NCBI GenBank assembly: GCA_002269645.1
Contig: NIVC01000337.1
Location: 372,001-436,000 of the forward strand
Source: Macrostomum lignano
Lineage: Eukaryota
Reading direction: 5' to 3'
DNA length: 64,000 nt
Below the pieces are notes generated by a model. The model was not told the origin of the DNA and did not search any database. It was given only the letters and a program-made list of their open reading frames with translations. Position 1 is the stretch's first letter. Each line of letters opens with the position of its first letter. Below are positions 21,670 to 32,520 of the stretch, piece by piece. The position numbers and the translations under genes are program-made.

Positions 21670-22740
21670 TGCAGCAGCTAGGCAGAGAAAGTGAGCCCCA
21701 AAATATTTTCCATCCTATTTATTAGAAAAAAAACTACATTACAATACACTCACCGTTCATGACACTTTTCTTACCTTGTACTGTTTCAGAAAAGCACTAA
21801 AGGCGCTGACCAGCATGTTGAATTGCGTTCAAAAAGTTCAACGCGATCAAGAAACTTTTTCACTCGAATATCTGATAGAGTTACGATTGGAGTTTTGAAG
21901 TAGACATGAGAGAATAACTATAACTATACTTTTTATATGTAGCTTTATTAGTACTTTGTGCACTCAAAATGTACTTTTAAACGAATTTCGATTCCACAAT
22001 AACAAATAGTGAATCTTAGTTGATGACTCCAATTTTGTACCTGCCCCTGAAAGAAAATCTTTCCCTGATGATGATGATAGCTTTTCCTGTTGCAGGCCTT
22101 GCCATACTTTCTAACAAGTTTGAAATGTACTTTTTATCATTCTACTGCTGGAGTAGAACTTGCCACCAACTTTTGAAAAAATAAATTAGTTAATTATCAA
22201 AATCAAAGCAAGCAAACCCTGAAATTGCGTCATTTTATTTAAACTACTGTCCGCTATTTTTAGCTGCAACATTGTGAGAACTATCTGAGTACGGCTAACG
22301 GCGCAGGTCAGGCACCGAAGTACGCACCACCTGCAATGCGCCCCCCTCCCACCCTATAGGGCTCAGAAATTCAGAGGAATAAACCTGCAAGGAAGCAAAG
22401 ACTAATTAAGGGGCTGGAAGAGGTAAGGTAGAGGAAATTTGAGTAGGCACACGGGAAGAGCTAGAACAATCGAAGTAGGCTGAGCCTACAATTGCACACG
22501 CAGTGCATGGCAAAGCTACAGTAGCTCCCATCCATTTCAGTCAGAAATCAAAGGCGAGGTGACAATTTGACCTGGACGGCTGACAGGCGGAGAGGAGGCC
22601 CGCACAGGAGGACAGTAAACGAACGCAGAACTGCATTGAGCTCCCCCCAGATGCTCTAACGCAACCAGAGCAAATCCGCTAAGTCAAACCGTCTAGCCCT
22701 TGGTCGCCCACGTAGTTACGGGCATGTCCAGTGCTGTTTT

Positions 22741-23146
22741 GTGTTAGGGAAGCGGTTCTCCACCTCATTGTTAGGGAAGCGGTTCTCCACCTCATTGTTA
22801 GGGAAGCGGTTCTCCACCTCATTGTTAGGGAAGCGGTTCTCCACCTCATTGTTAGGGAAGCGGTTCTCCACCTCATTGTTAGGGAAGCGGTTCTCCACCT
22901 CATTGTTAGGGAAGCGGTTCTCCACCTCATTGTTAGGGAAGCGGTTCTCCACCTCATTGTTAGGGAAGCGGTTCTCCACCTCATTGTTAGGGAAGCGGTT
23001 CTCCACCTCATTGTTAGGGAAGCGGTTCTCCACCTCATTGTTAGGGAAGCGGTTCTCCACCTCATTGTTAGGGAAGCGGTTCTCCACCTCATTGTTAGGG
23101 AAGCGGTTCTCCACCTCATTGTTAGGGAAGCGGTTCTCCACCTCAT
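22741..23146. repeat. 27-bp minisatellite (TTGTTAGGGAAGCGGTTCTCCACCTCA) x15
   Basis: Perfect copies; 9-aa periodicity in several frames. Confidence 0.97.
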
Positions 23147-24496
23147 CGGCGGCAGGGGATGAAATTGTAGGAAATCTATAAAGTGTACTGTTTTGAGCCC
23201 TATAAAGCGGCAAATTCCCCGGCTTTGGTTAAGAGTTGCACTCAAAATCTTTCCGAGTGACTCAAGTTCTTTAAGGCGCTAGCAAAGACCAGCCTTAGGC
23301 GATCTCTATTTTAAGTCTCTATAAGACCTAGGCAGAACTGCATCGAGATCTTATAAGAAGACAGAGCTTACACACCCTTTACCATCGCCTGACAACAGTA
23401 CAAGTACAAAGTTGAATAGGCGAGTGAGAAAATCTTTCACACTTTTAAAGAGTGAAATAAAATGAATGATGCAGAGAAGACACTCTTGCCCTTTATTAAT
23501 CCTGCCCCGAGCTCGTCATGCAGCTGAGACCTGTTGCTGCAAGTGATGAAAGCCCATGCATGCAGTCAGAATTTGATACATGGGTCTTCTTCGAATTTAA
23601 TTCATTGTTTTTTTCTTAGAGGGCAGAAGGTGATAATGTCACAAAATAATCTCTCGTATTTAGTGGTTTACTAAAATTGCAAAATGCATTATCAAATTTT
23701 TGTGCGTAAAGCTAGTTAATAGTGCTAAAAATAGTTTGGTGAGGGGAAAAGACAAACGAGTGTGGTGATTCCATTATTTTCACTAATTCGATTGTTTTAA
23801 AGAAACCTGCTCTAGCTTTTTTGCCACAGAAGAAAATGTTTAATTTTTTCAATATTTGATCGTGCTATAGTTACGTCCTGATACATGTAAACTTTTAGAT
23901 TTTCTAGGGTCCTTTTGACGGTTTTTACGAAGGAAAAATAGTGCAAACGCTCGTTTACACTACAATCACACTATTGTATCTTGTACATCAATTTTGATTC
24001 CTTCATGCATTTCAAACGTCGTGAAATTATGTGGCTCATAGATGGCAGACGTGTGAATGAGCCCTAAACGCACTTGAAATACATGGAATTGCAATATAAA
24101 ATTCATTTGTCTAAAGTAAATGACGTTGGATTTTTTCAAATGTTTCTTTGTTTGTTGCAAAGGCTACAAAGACCGATTGTTTTTACTCTTTGATTTATTA
24201 TAATTTTGCTAACGAAATTTTAAATTGTTTGTTTCGAGGAAAACCAAATCACATTATTATTATTCTTATTTACTCCGTCTGATTTATAGTTTAATAGCCT
24301 GATGGATTAGTAATTTAGTAAGGCCTAATAACTATAATTAATAACTGTAAATTATTACAATACTCTCTGTGCTAAGTACGCTTGCTTGCTTACTCTAACA
24401 AAATTTTGCGTTAATGCGTTCAGGATATCATAACATTCACGGGGTGCAAATGCATCCAAATCGAGAGAATTCTAGATTGGAGCGTTGGCCGTTGGG

Positions 24497-24942
24497 AGGG
24501 GGCAGAATTCTAAGAATTCTACAATACAAATTTAGAGGCTATAACTAACTGAATTGGGGGTTGACCTATGGGGCATGGGCCCTGACCCGACACTTTTTTT
24601 CCAGATTGGCATTAACATTCAACTAAATGAAGGTGCAAACTTGTGATTGTCTATCAGCATCACCTATCTTTTCTTGAGATATAATCCTGTTCCTATAAGC
24701 TATCCTAAAATAAAAATGCATGCTTTGCCTAAGAAAAAATATTTTAATGAAAAATGGTTTTATTCCTAATTTTATTTCTAATCAGTGGCTGTGATCCCCA
24801 ACCAGGGGATGGGGATGGTTGCCCCCTTTTAGGCAGAGACTGGAAAAAAATTAAAGGGGGGACCAAGCGAATTTTCCCCAAAAACAGAGCCACCCCTCTG
24901 CCCCCCCCCTCCCAGGTCTTTACTCTCCAGAATCTGCCCCCT
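24497..24942. mobile_element. Possible decayed MITE with short GC-rich TIRs
   Basis: AGGGGGCAGAATTCT at 24497 versus AGAATCTGCCCCCT ending at 24942 (inverted). No convincing TSD. Confidence 0.35.
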
Positions 24943-25559
24943 TAAAAATTTCTGGTTGTGTTACTATCTTATAAGTATAAGTTATATCTTTATCTTTTAT
25001 ATTTAATTTGTCTAAAAAATTCTATTTGTCATTTAAAATTGAAGGTTATTAGGAAAATTTTTATTTATTTATTTCTTATTTATATTTAATTTAACCAATT
25101 CAATTTAATAAAAGCCTTTTTAATTATTTACAACATAATTATTATAAAAATGAGTAGTGCTAGGCTTTATTAAGCCATATATATATATGTATATTACTAT
25201 TAGGTCTGTGTTAGTTTTGTGTTATGTGTATATATATTTATATTCTTATCTCTTAATGCTATAGGGCCTTTATTTATTTCCTATTTATAATTGAATTTTA
25301 ATCAAAATTCTGAAATTATACAGATACATCTTCAATTTTGTTATTTATCCTTTGTTTATTACAAGTTATACTAGCTAGATAAATATAGCAATCACCCAAT
25401 ATATAATTTAAAAAAGTAGATTTAAAGAATGAAGGTAAAATAATAAAACTTTGAACCAATTTTTGTTAGATTTGTTTCTTTATTAGTGCTTTCTACTAAA
25501 AAAGAAATTTGATAATTTTTAGAATACAATTGAATTTTTTCTTAATTGCATGCAATGAA

Positions 25560-25762
25560 ATGCTTGCTCAACTTGTTGCACCAATGCTACGGCTTCAGTC
25601 TATCTGGAGTAGCCACACTATGATGGCTGCTCTTCCCTTTGCCTCTACTTGTGCCACATCTTTTTACCAATCTGCACTCAGACAGAATCCACTTCTGTCT
25701 GCTGCGCCAGCATGTCTGAGCTTTGGGCACCAACAGATTAGAGGCCTTAAGTACTATGACAA
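25560..25762 (+). CDS. MRPL36: Mitochondrial ribosomal protein bL36m, exon 1 (transit peptide to GLKYYD)
   Basis: Acid-free, Ser/Arg/Ala-rich presequence MLAQLVAPMLRLQSIWSS... ending QIRGLKYYD; donor AA|GTGAGT at 25763 (phase 2). Confidence 0.88.
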
Positions 25763-25809
25763 GTGAGTTCGAAATTTGCAACTAATTAATTGCAGCAATA
25801 CATACACTG

Positions 25810-26520
25810 AAATCTGCCAGAGATTCACCCTGAGATCCACCTTCCCACCCCAGAGATTCACTCTGAGATCCGCCCTCCCCACCCCAGAGATTCACTTAGA
25901 TCCGCCCTCCCCACCCCAGAAATTCACTCTGAAATTCGCCCTCCATGCCCTAGAGATTCACTCTGAGATCCGCCCTCCCCACCCCAGAGATTCACCCTGA
26001 GATCCGCCCTCCACCCAGAGATTCACCGCTGAGATTCACCCTCCCCACCCCAGAGATTCACTCTGAGATCCGCCCTCCCCACCCCAGAGATTCACCCTGA
26101 GATCCGCCCTCCCCACCCCAGAGATTCACCGCTGAGATTCACCCTCCCCACCCCAGAGATTCACTCTGAGATCCGCCCTCCCCACCCCAGAGATTTACCC
26201 TGAGATCCGCCCTCCCCACCCCAGAGATTTACTCTGAGATCCGCCCTCCCCACCCCAGAGATTTACCCTGAGATCCGCCCTCCCCACCCCAGAGATTTAC
26301 TCTGAGATCCGCCCTCCCCACCCCAGAGATTCACTCTGAGATCCGCCCTCCACCCAGAGATTCACCGCTGAGATTCACCCTCCCCACCCCAGAGATTCAC
26401 TCTGAGATCCGCCCTCCCCACCCCAGAGATTTACTCTGAGATCCGCCCTCCACCCAGAGATTCACCGCTGAGATTCACCCTCCCCACCCCAGAGATTCAC
26501 TATGAGATCCGCCCTCCCCA
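25810..26520. repeat. ~34-bp intronic minisatellite (CCCCACCCCAGAGATTCACTCTGAGATCCGCCCT) x ~21
   Basis: Fills almost the whole MRPL36 intron. Confidence 0.95.
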
Positions 26521-26525
26521 CCCAG

Positions 26526-26688
26526 GCTGCGCAAGCGCTGCCGGCACTGCTACTTCGAACGCAACCCGGCGGGCTTCCTGACCATCCAGTGCCCGATGCA
26601 CCCGAGGCACAAGCAGCAGGAGAAGCCGCGGCCGCCCAGTCCCAAGTGGGCCTTCAAGCGGCACATTTACAAAAGCGTCAACTGGTGA
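26526..26688 (+). CDS. MRPL36: Mitochondrial ribosomal protein bL36m, exon 2 (total 121 aa)
   Basis: Acceptor CCCAG at 26525; (K)LRKRCRHCYFERNPAGFLTIQCPMHPRHKQQ matches the L36 zinc-ribbon pattern CxxC...C..HPxHKQ; the frame is missed by the ORF track. Confidence 0.92.
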
Positions 26689-26967
26689 CCGAATTGCAGG
26701 CATCTTAGTCATCGACTGCTCATGATTATAACTGAATTCAGCTTGCAGTTCTAGTTTATCATTATTGTTATAAAAAACTAAAATATAAATCGTACGAAAA
26801 TTTACATTTCTCTTATAAATGCATTCGCGCCTGAAACAAAGTTCCCGTTAGACTTTGATGACTTTTTTTTATATCAAATTATTTATTATTGGCGAAACCG
26901 CCTCGTGTCTGTTTCTGTCATTGTCATTTGAAATGCTTTCAATATGGCTAACATGGATAAGCTACAT

Positions 26968-28165
26968 AAAACCAACACCACCACAACTAGCCCATCGAGT
27001 GAACCCAACACCACCACAACTAGCCCATAGAGTGAACCCAACACCACCACAACTAGCCCATAGAGTGAACCCAACACCACCACAACTAGCCCATAGAGTG
27101 AACCCAACACCACCACAACTAGCCCATAGAGTGAACCCAACACCACCACAACTAGCCCATAGAGTGAACCCAACACCACCACCAGAGTTCATAGAGTGAA
27201 CCCAACACCACCACAACTAGCCCATAGAGTGAACCTAACACCACCACCAGAGTTCATAGAGTGAACCCAACACCACCACCAGAGTTCATAGAGTGAACCC
27301 AACACCACCACCAGAGTTCATAGAGTGAACCCAACACCACCACAACTAGCCCATAGAGTGAACCTAACACCACCACCAGAGTTCATAGAGTGAACCCAAC
27401 ACCTCCACCAGAGTTCATAGAGTGAACCTAACACCACCACCAGAGTTCATAGAGTGAACCCAACACCTCCACCAGAGTTCATAGAGTGAACCCAACACCA
27501 CCACCAGAGTTCATAGAGTGAACCCAACAACACCACAACTAGCCCATAGAGTGAACCCAACACCACCACCAGAGTTCATAGAGTGAACCCAACACCACCA
27601 CAACTAGCCCATAGAGTGAACCCAACACCACCACCAGAGTTCATAGAGTGAACCCAACACCACCACAACTAGCCCATAGAGTGAACCTAACACCACCACC
27701 AGAGTTCATAGAGTGAACCCAACACCTCCACCAGAGTTCATAGAGTGAACCCAACACCACCACCAGAGTTCATAGAGTGAACCCAACACCACCACAACTA
27801 GCCCATAGAGTGAACCCAACACCATCACAACTAGCCCATAGAGTGAGTGAACCCAACACCACCACAACTAGCCCATAGAGTGAACCAAACACCTCCACCA
27901 GAGTTCATAGAGTGAACCCAACACCACCACCAGAGTTCATAGAGTGAACCCAACACCACCACAACTAGCCCATAGAGTGAACCCAACACCATCACAACTA
28001 GCCCATAGAGTGAGTGAACCCAACACCACCACAACTAGCCCATAGAGTGAACCAAACACCACCACCAGAGTTTATAAAGTAAACCTAACACCACCACCAG
28101 AAGTCCAGCGAGTGAACCCAACACCCAGAAGTCCATCGAGTGAACCCAGCAGCACCAAAAGTCCA
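26968..28165. repeat. 32/33-bp two-variant minisatellite (GAGTGAACCCAACACCACCACAACTAGCCCATA / ...CACCAGAGTTCATA)
   Basis: Two unit types interleaved, with degenerate copies at both edges. Confidence 0.95.
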
Positions 28166-28802
28166 TCGAGTGAACCTAATGCCGTTCGTCATCTCTGCGT
28201 ATCTCTCGGCCTTCTGTCGCTATCGCGGAGAGATCTTTAACTTGCTGATGCTTTTAGAATCGATTGAATTTTGTTAATTTGATTCAATTCCTATAAAAAA
28301 ATAATGCGCAGCAAAGCTCTATATGTTGGCATTTTGGCATTTTTGTCAGACTCAGACTTTATACTGGCATTTAGCTGTTTTCCATAGACAAAAAAGCTGT
28401 TCTCTGCTTTGAGCCAACTCTGTTCGTCCCCGTCTTTCTCGTCTCACTCGCAAGCCTAGTCGTGCATCAATTGATACTTACTTGCGTTCTAAACGATACG
28501 GACTTTGAAAACGATTCAGGCTGTGGGAATAAAGACAAAACAGACTCACCGTCTCGAAGATGCGCTATTGCGAGATGTCAGGTAAAGTGCAATTTTTGTC
28601 TGAGCCTAATCATATTCTAAACATTAATAAAAATTTTGGCCGTTTTAGCGCCCCAGGTACGAGTATAGTACACAGAAAACATACTTAGCAAAAAAACGCT
28701 TTGAAACTACTTCTGGGAGAAATCAGTCAGTAGTATAGAGATGGCCATAGACAATACATGTAAATACGGAGCCAGCCAGCTAAATATGGTTCACAAGGCA
28801 CA

Positions 28803-29255
28803 ATGTTTCCCGCGGCAGCCGTCACTGGCCTCCTGATGACGCTGCTGTGGGCCCAGCTGGCCGCCGCTGCTCCCATCTCCATCGAGATCGACAACCCGCC
28901 GCTGCTCTTGTCGCCCGGCAACAGCCAGCCGCTGAGTCCGAGCCGTCTGAAATCGTTGCGTCTGGTGCAGATGTACCGCAGCCGGGAAACGCTGTTCGTG
29001 AAGGAGATCTGCATCGGCTGCGGCCCCGACCGCATCTGCACCCGGCGCTTCCGGCCGGCCTTCTTCGGCCTGCTGGCCTCCACGTCCATAGCGGTGTTCG
29101 TCATCGTCAGTCTCGTGCTGGCCACCCTGGTGAAGCGGCGGCGCCTGCAGGCCAAGCAGTTCGCCAGACCCGCTGCGTCCCAGCAGGCAGCTGAGCTCGT
29201 CTGCGGCGATGCGGCTGCTCAGGACTGCCCGGTGAAACCCGCGCTGAACTGCTGA
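28803..29255 (+). CDS. Small type I membrane protein, 150 aa, distant paralog of 20533..21669
   Basis: Signal MFPAAAVTGLLMTLLWAQLAAAA; Cys motif ICIGCGPDRIC; TM; KRRRL; GC-rich coding-like composition within AT-richer flanks. Confidence 0.78.
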   Translation: MFPAAAVTGLLMTLLWAQLAAAAPISIEIDNPPLLLSPGNSQPLSPSRLKSLRLVQMYRSRETLFVKEICIGCGPDRICTRRFRPAFFGLLASTSIAVFVIVSLVLATLVKRRRLQAKQFARPAASQQAAELVCGDAAAQDCPVKPALNC

Positions 29256-29305
29256 GGCTGTCTGAGACTGGGACTGATTGGTGAGTTTGGTTTGACAGAT
29301 TTGGT

Positions 29306-29325
29306 AGATAGATAATTAGATAGAC

Positions 29326-29373
<48 letters not shown>

Positions 29374-29547
29374 GGATAGATAGATAGATAGATAGATAGA
29401 TACATAGATAGATAGGTAGATAGATAGATAGATAGATAGATACATAGATAGATAGGTAGACAGATAGATAGATACATAGATAGATAGGTAGATAGATAGA
29501 TAGATAGATAGATACATAGATAGATAGGTAGACAGATAGATAGATAC

Positions 29548-29578
<31 letters not shown>

Positions 29579-29704
29579 CATAGATAGATAGGTAGACAGA
29601 TAGATAGATAGATAGATACATACATAGATAGATAGGTAGACAGATAGATAGATACATAGATAGATACATAGATAGATACATAGATACATAGATAGATAGA
29701 TAGA
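29306..29704. repeat. (GATA)n microsatellite with GACA/TACA variants
   Basis: Direct. Confidence 0.97.
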
Positions 29705-30145
29705 CTGATGGATCTCCCTTGATTTAATTTCAGACCGCAAAGCCGTGAATTACTCAGCAAATTCTTCGTTCAAACTGCATCGACCCGGGACCGGCAGATC
29801 TGCGGGCGCATGACACGAAAACGAGTTAAGAAACTGAGCAGCTCAGTCTGCCCCTATCGCAGCCCGTACTAACCATAAGCCTGTAACTACCCGCCCGAGA
29901 CAAACCGCAAGCAGGCATTCCCGCGTTGTTTTTTTCACTTTACTTTGCTTCCCAACCCGCGCCACCCGGCTGCTCTGAGCACTCAGAGCCTGGCCGTTCG
30001 ACCTGACGTACTGAAGTAATGCAGACCAATACAAATATCCATACGTGTAAATACATAAATATGCTGGATGAAACTGAGTTCGGCTTACACTTATCAGTTT
30101 TGGTCTTTGTTGTTTTTTGCTACATATTGACAGTGCAATGTGACC

Positions 30146-30679
30146 AACCCTGTGCAACCCTGTGCAACCCTGTGCAACCCTGTGCAACCCTGTGCAACCC
30201 TGTGCAACCCTGTGCAGCCCTGTGCAACCCTGTGCAACCCTGTGCAACCCTGTGCAACCCTGTGCAACCCTGTGCAACCCTGTGCAACCCTGTGCAACCC
30301 TGTGCAACCCTGTGCAACCCTGTGCAACCCTGTGCAACCCTGTGCAACCCTGTGCAACCCTGTGCAACCCTGTGCAACCCTGTGCAACCCTGTGCAACCC
30401 TGTGCAACCCTGTGCAACCCTGTGCAACCCTGTGCAACCCTGTGCAACCCTGTGCAACCCTGTGCAACCCTGTGCAACCCTGTGCAACCCTGTGCAACCC
30501 TGTGCAGCCCTGTGCAACCCTGTGCAGCCCTGTGCAACCCTGTGCAACCCTGTGCAACCCTGTGCAACCCTGTGCAACCCTGTGCAACCCTGTGCAACCC
30601 TGTGCAACCCTGTGCAACCCTGTGCAGCCCTGTGCAACCCTGTGCAGCCCTGTGCAACCCTGTGCAACCCTGTGCAACC
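30146..30679. repeat. 10-bp satellite (CCCTGTGCAA) x ~53
   Basis: Near-perfect decamer; source of the QPCATLCNPV/HRVAQGCTGL ORFs. Confidence 0.98.
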
Positions 30680-30705
30680 ATGAGAAACTCTTTGCAAGCC
30701 TGGTA

Positions 30706-30838
30706 GGGGTTGTAGCCTAGTGGTTAGAGCGTCGGACTCACGACTTGAAGGTCGGGGGTTCGATTCTCGATTCCACTCGGAAAAATTTGTGTCCTTGAGC
30801 AAGACACAACTCTGCATTGCTTCAGTTCATCCAGCTGT
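30706..30838 (+). mobile_element. tRNA-derived SINE (Pol III A/B boxes + CORE-like body)
   Basis: A box TAGCCTAGTGG and B box GGTTCGATTC, followed by TGTGTCCTTGAGCAAGACAC..TGCTTCAGTTCATCCAGCTG, which from memory resembles the conserved central domain of CORE-type SINEs. The acceptor stem is broken. Confidence 0.8.
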
Positions 30839-31435
30839 GCGTGGCGACTCCCCGGGCCCAGTCCTTGGACTGAACAGTCGTACGCAGCCTTCAGATTGCG
30901 CCGCGCAATAGCTGCGGCTGAGCTGTCGGTTGCACATCTGACCATTGGGGAAGGTGTTACGAGCTGTATCAACTATCAATAATAATTATTATAAAGCCAG
31001 TGCAACCCTGTACAAAACTTCGTAAGCAGTGACCCCCTGCACGCCCCTAGCACATCTGCAGACTTCACTGTATTTCGCACAACAGCCTACTGCCGGCCAA
31101 GTCAGTAGCATAATGAGTTGATAAAGCAGAAACATCTCAAAGCCGATCAGCCCGAGTGTTTGGCCAACATCTGTCGCTCTCTCTGGGCGATGAAAACTTG
31201 CGATAAGCGGGAAATCCAACCACTGAGTGGCCGAGTTCAGCGTTTTTAAATGCCTGCTTGAGCACCTGAAGGAGATGGGAGCTGGGACTCCAGATTTCAT
31301 TCAAAGATTTCCTACTATTGTTGGGAAATCTGTTTCTGGTTTTGTTGTTTGGTCCTGACCCTCGGCCTCAAGCTGGGCAAACTCACATTTGGGACTCAAA
31401 AACAAATAAAAATGGCCCTTTGCTCTTTGTAGATC

Positions 31436-32520
31436 GTGCAGTGAGTAGATTGTGCAGTTTGTAGGCTGTGCAGTGAGTAGATTGTGCAGTTTGCAGGCTG
31501 TGCAGTGAGTAGATTGTGCAGTTTGTAGGCTGTGCAGTGAGTAGATTGTGCAGTTTGCAGGCTGTGCAGTGAGTAGGTTGTGCAGTTTGTAGGCTGTGCA
31601 GTGAGTAGATTGTGCAGTTTGCAGGCTGTGCAGTGAGTAGGTTGTGCAGTTTGTAGGCTGTGCAGTGAGTAGATTGTGCAGTTTGTAGGCTGTGCAGTGA
31701 GTAGATTGTGCAGTTTGCAGGCTGTGCAGTGAGTAGGTTGTGCAGTTTGTAGGCTGTGCAGTGAGTAGATTGTGCAGTTTGTAGGCTGTGCAGTGAGTAG
31801 ATTGTGCAGTTTGCAGGCTGTGCAGTGAGTAGGTTGTGCAGTTTGTAGGCTGTGCAGTGAGTAGATTGTGCAGTTTGTAGGCTGTGCAGTGAGTAGATTG
31901 TGCAGTTTGTAGGCTGTGCAGTGAGTAGATTGTGCAGTTTGCAGGCTGTGCAGTGAGTAGATTGTGCAGTTTGCAGGCTGTGCAGTGAGTAGATTGTGCA
32001 GTTTGTAGGCTGTGCAGTGAGTAGATTGTGCAGTTTGTAGGCTGTGCAGTGAGTCGATTGTGCAGTTTGTAGGCTGTGCAGTGAGTAGATTGTGTAGTTT
32101 GCAGGCTGTGCAGTGAGTAGGTTGTGCAGTTTGTAGGCTGTGCAGTGAGTAGATTGTGCAGTTTGCAGGCTGTGCAGTGAGTAGGTTGTGCAGTTTGTAG
32201 GCTGTGCAGTGAGTAGATTGTGCAGTTTGTAGGCTGTGCAGTGAGTAGATTGTGCAGTTTGCAGGCTGTGCAGTGAGTAGATTGTGCAGTTTGCAGGCTG
32301 TGCAGTGAGTAGATTGTGCAGTTTGTAGGCTGTGCAGTGAGTAGATTGTGCAGTTTGTAGGCTGTGCAGTGAGTAGATTGTGCAGTTTGTAGGCTGTGCA
32401 GTGAGTAGATTGTGCAGTTTGTAGGCTGTGCAGTGAGTAGGTTGTGCAGTTTGTAGGCTGTGCAGTGAGTAGATTGTGCAGTTTGTAGGCTGTGCAGTGA
32501 GTAGATTGTGTAGTTTGCAG
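31436..32520. repeat. 32-bp minisatellite (GTGCAGTGAGTAGATTGTGCAGTTTGTAGGCT) x ~34
   Basis: 32-aa period across three units; the unit is an internal dimer around TGTGCAGT. Confidence 0.97.

Noticed and set aside
22741-23146. Telomeric TTAGGG in each 27-bp unit
   Set aside because: A single hexamer per unit, not a telomeric tract.
30706-30780. Functional tRNA-Val(CAC)
   Set aside because: A/B boxes are present, but the acceptor and T stems do not pair and a SINE body follows directly.
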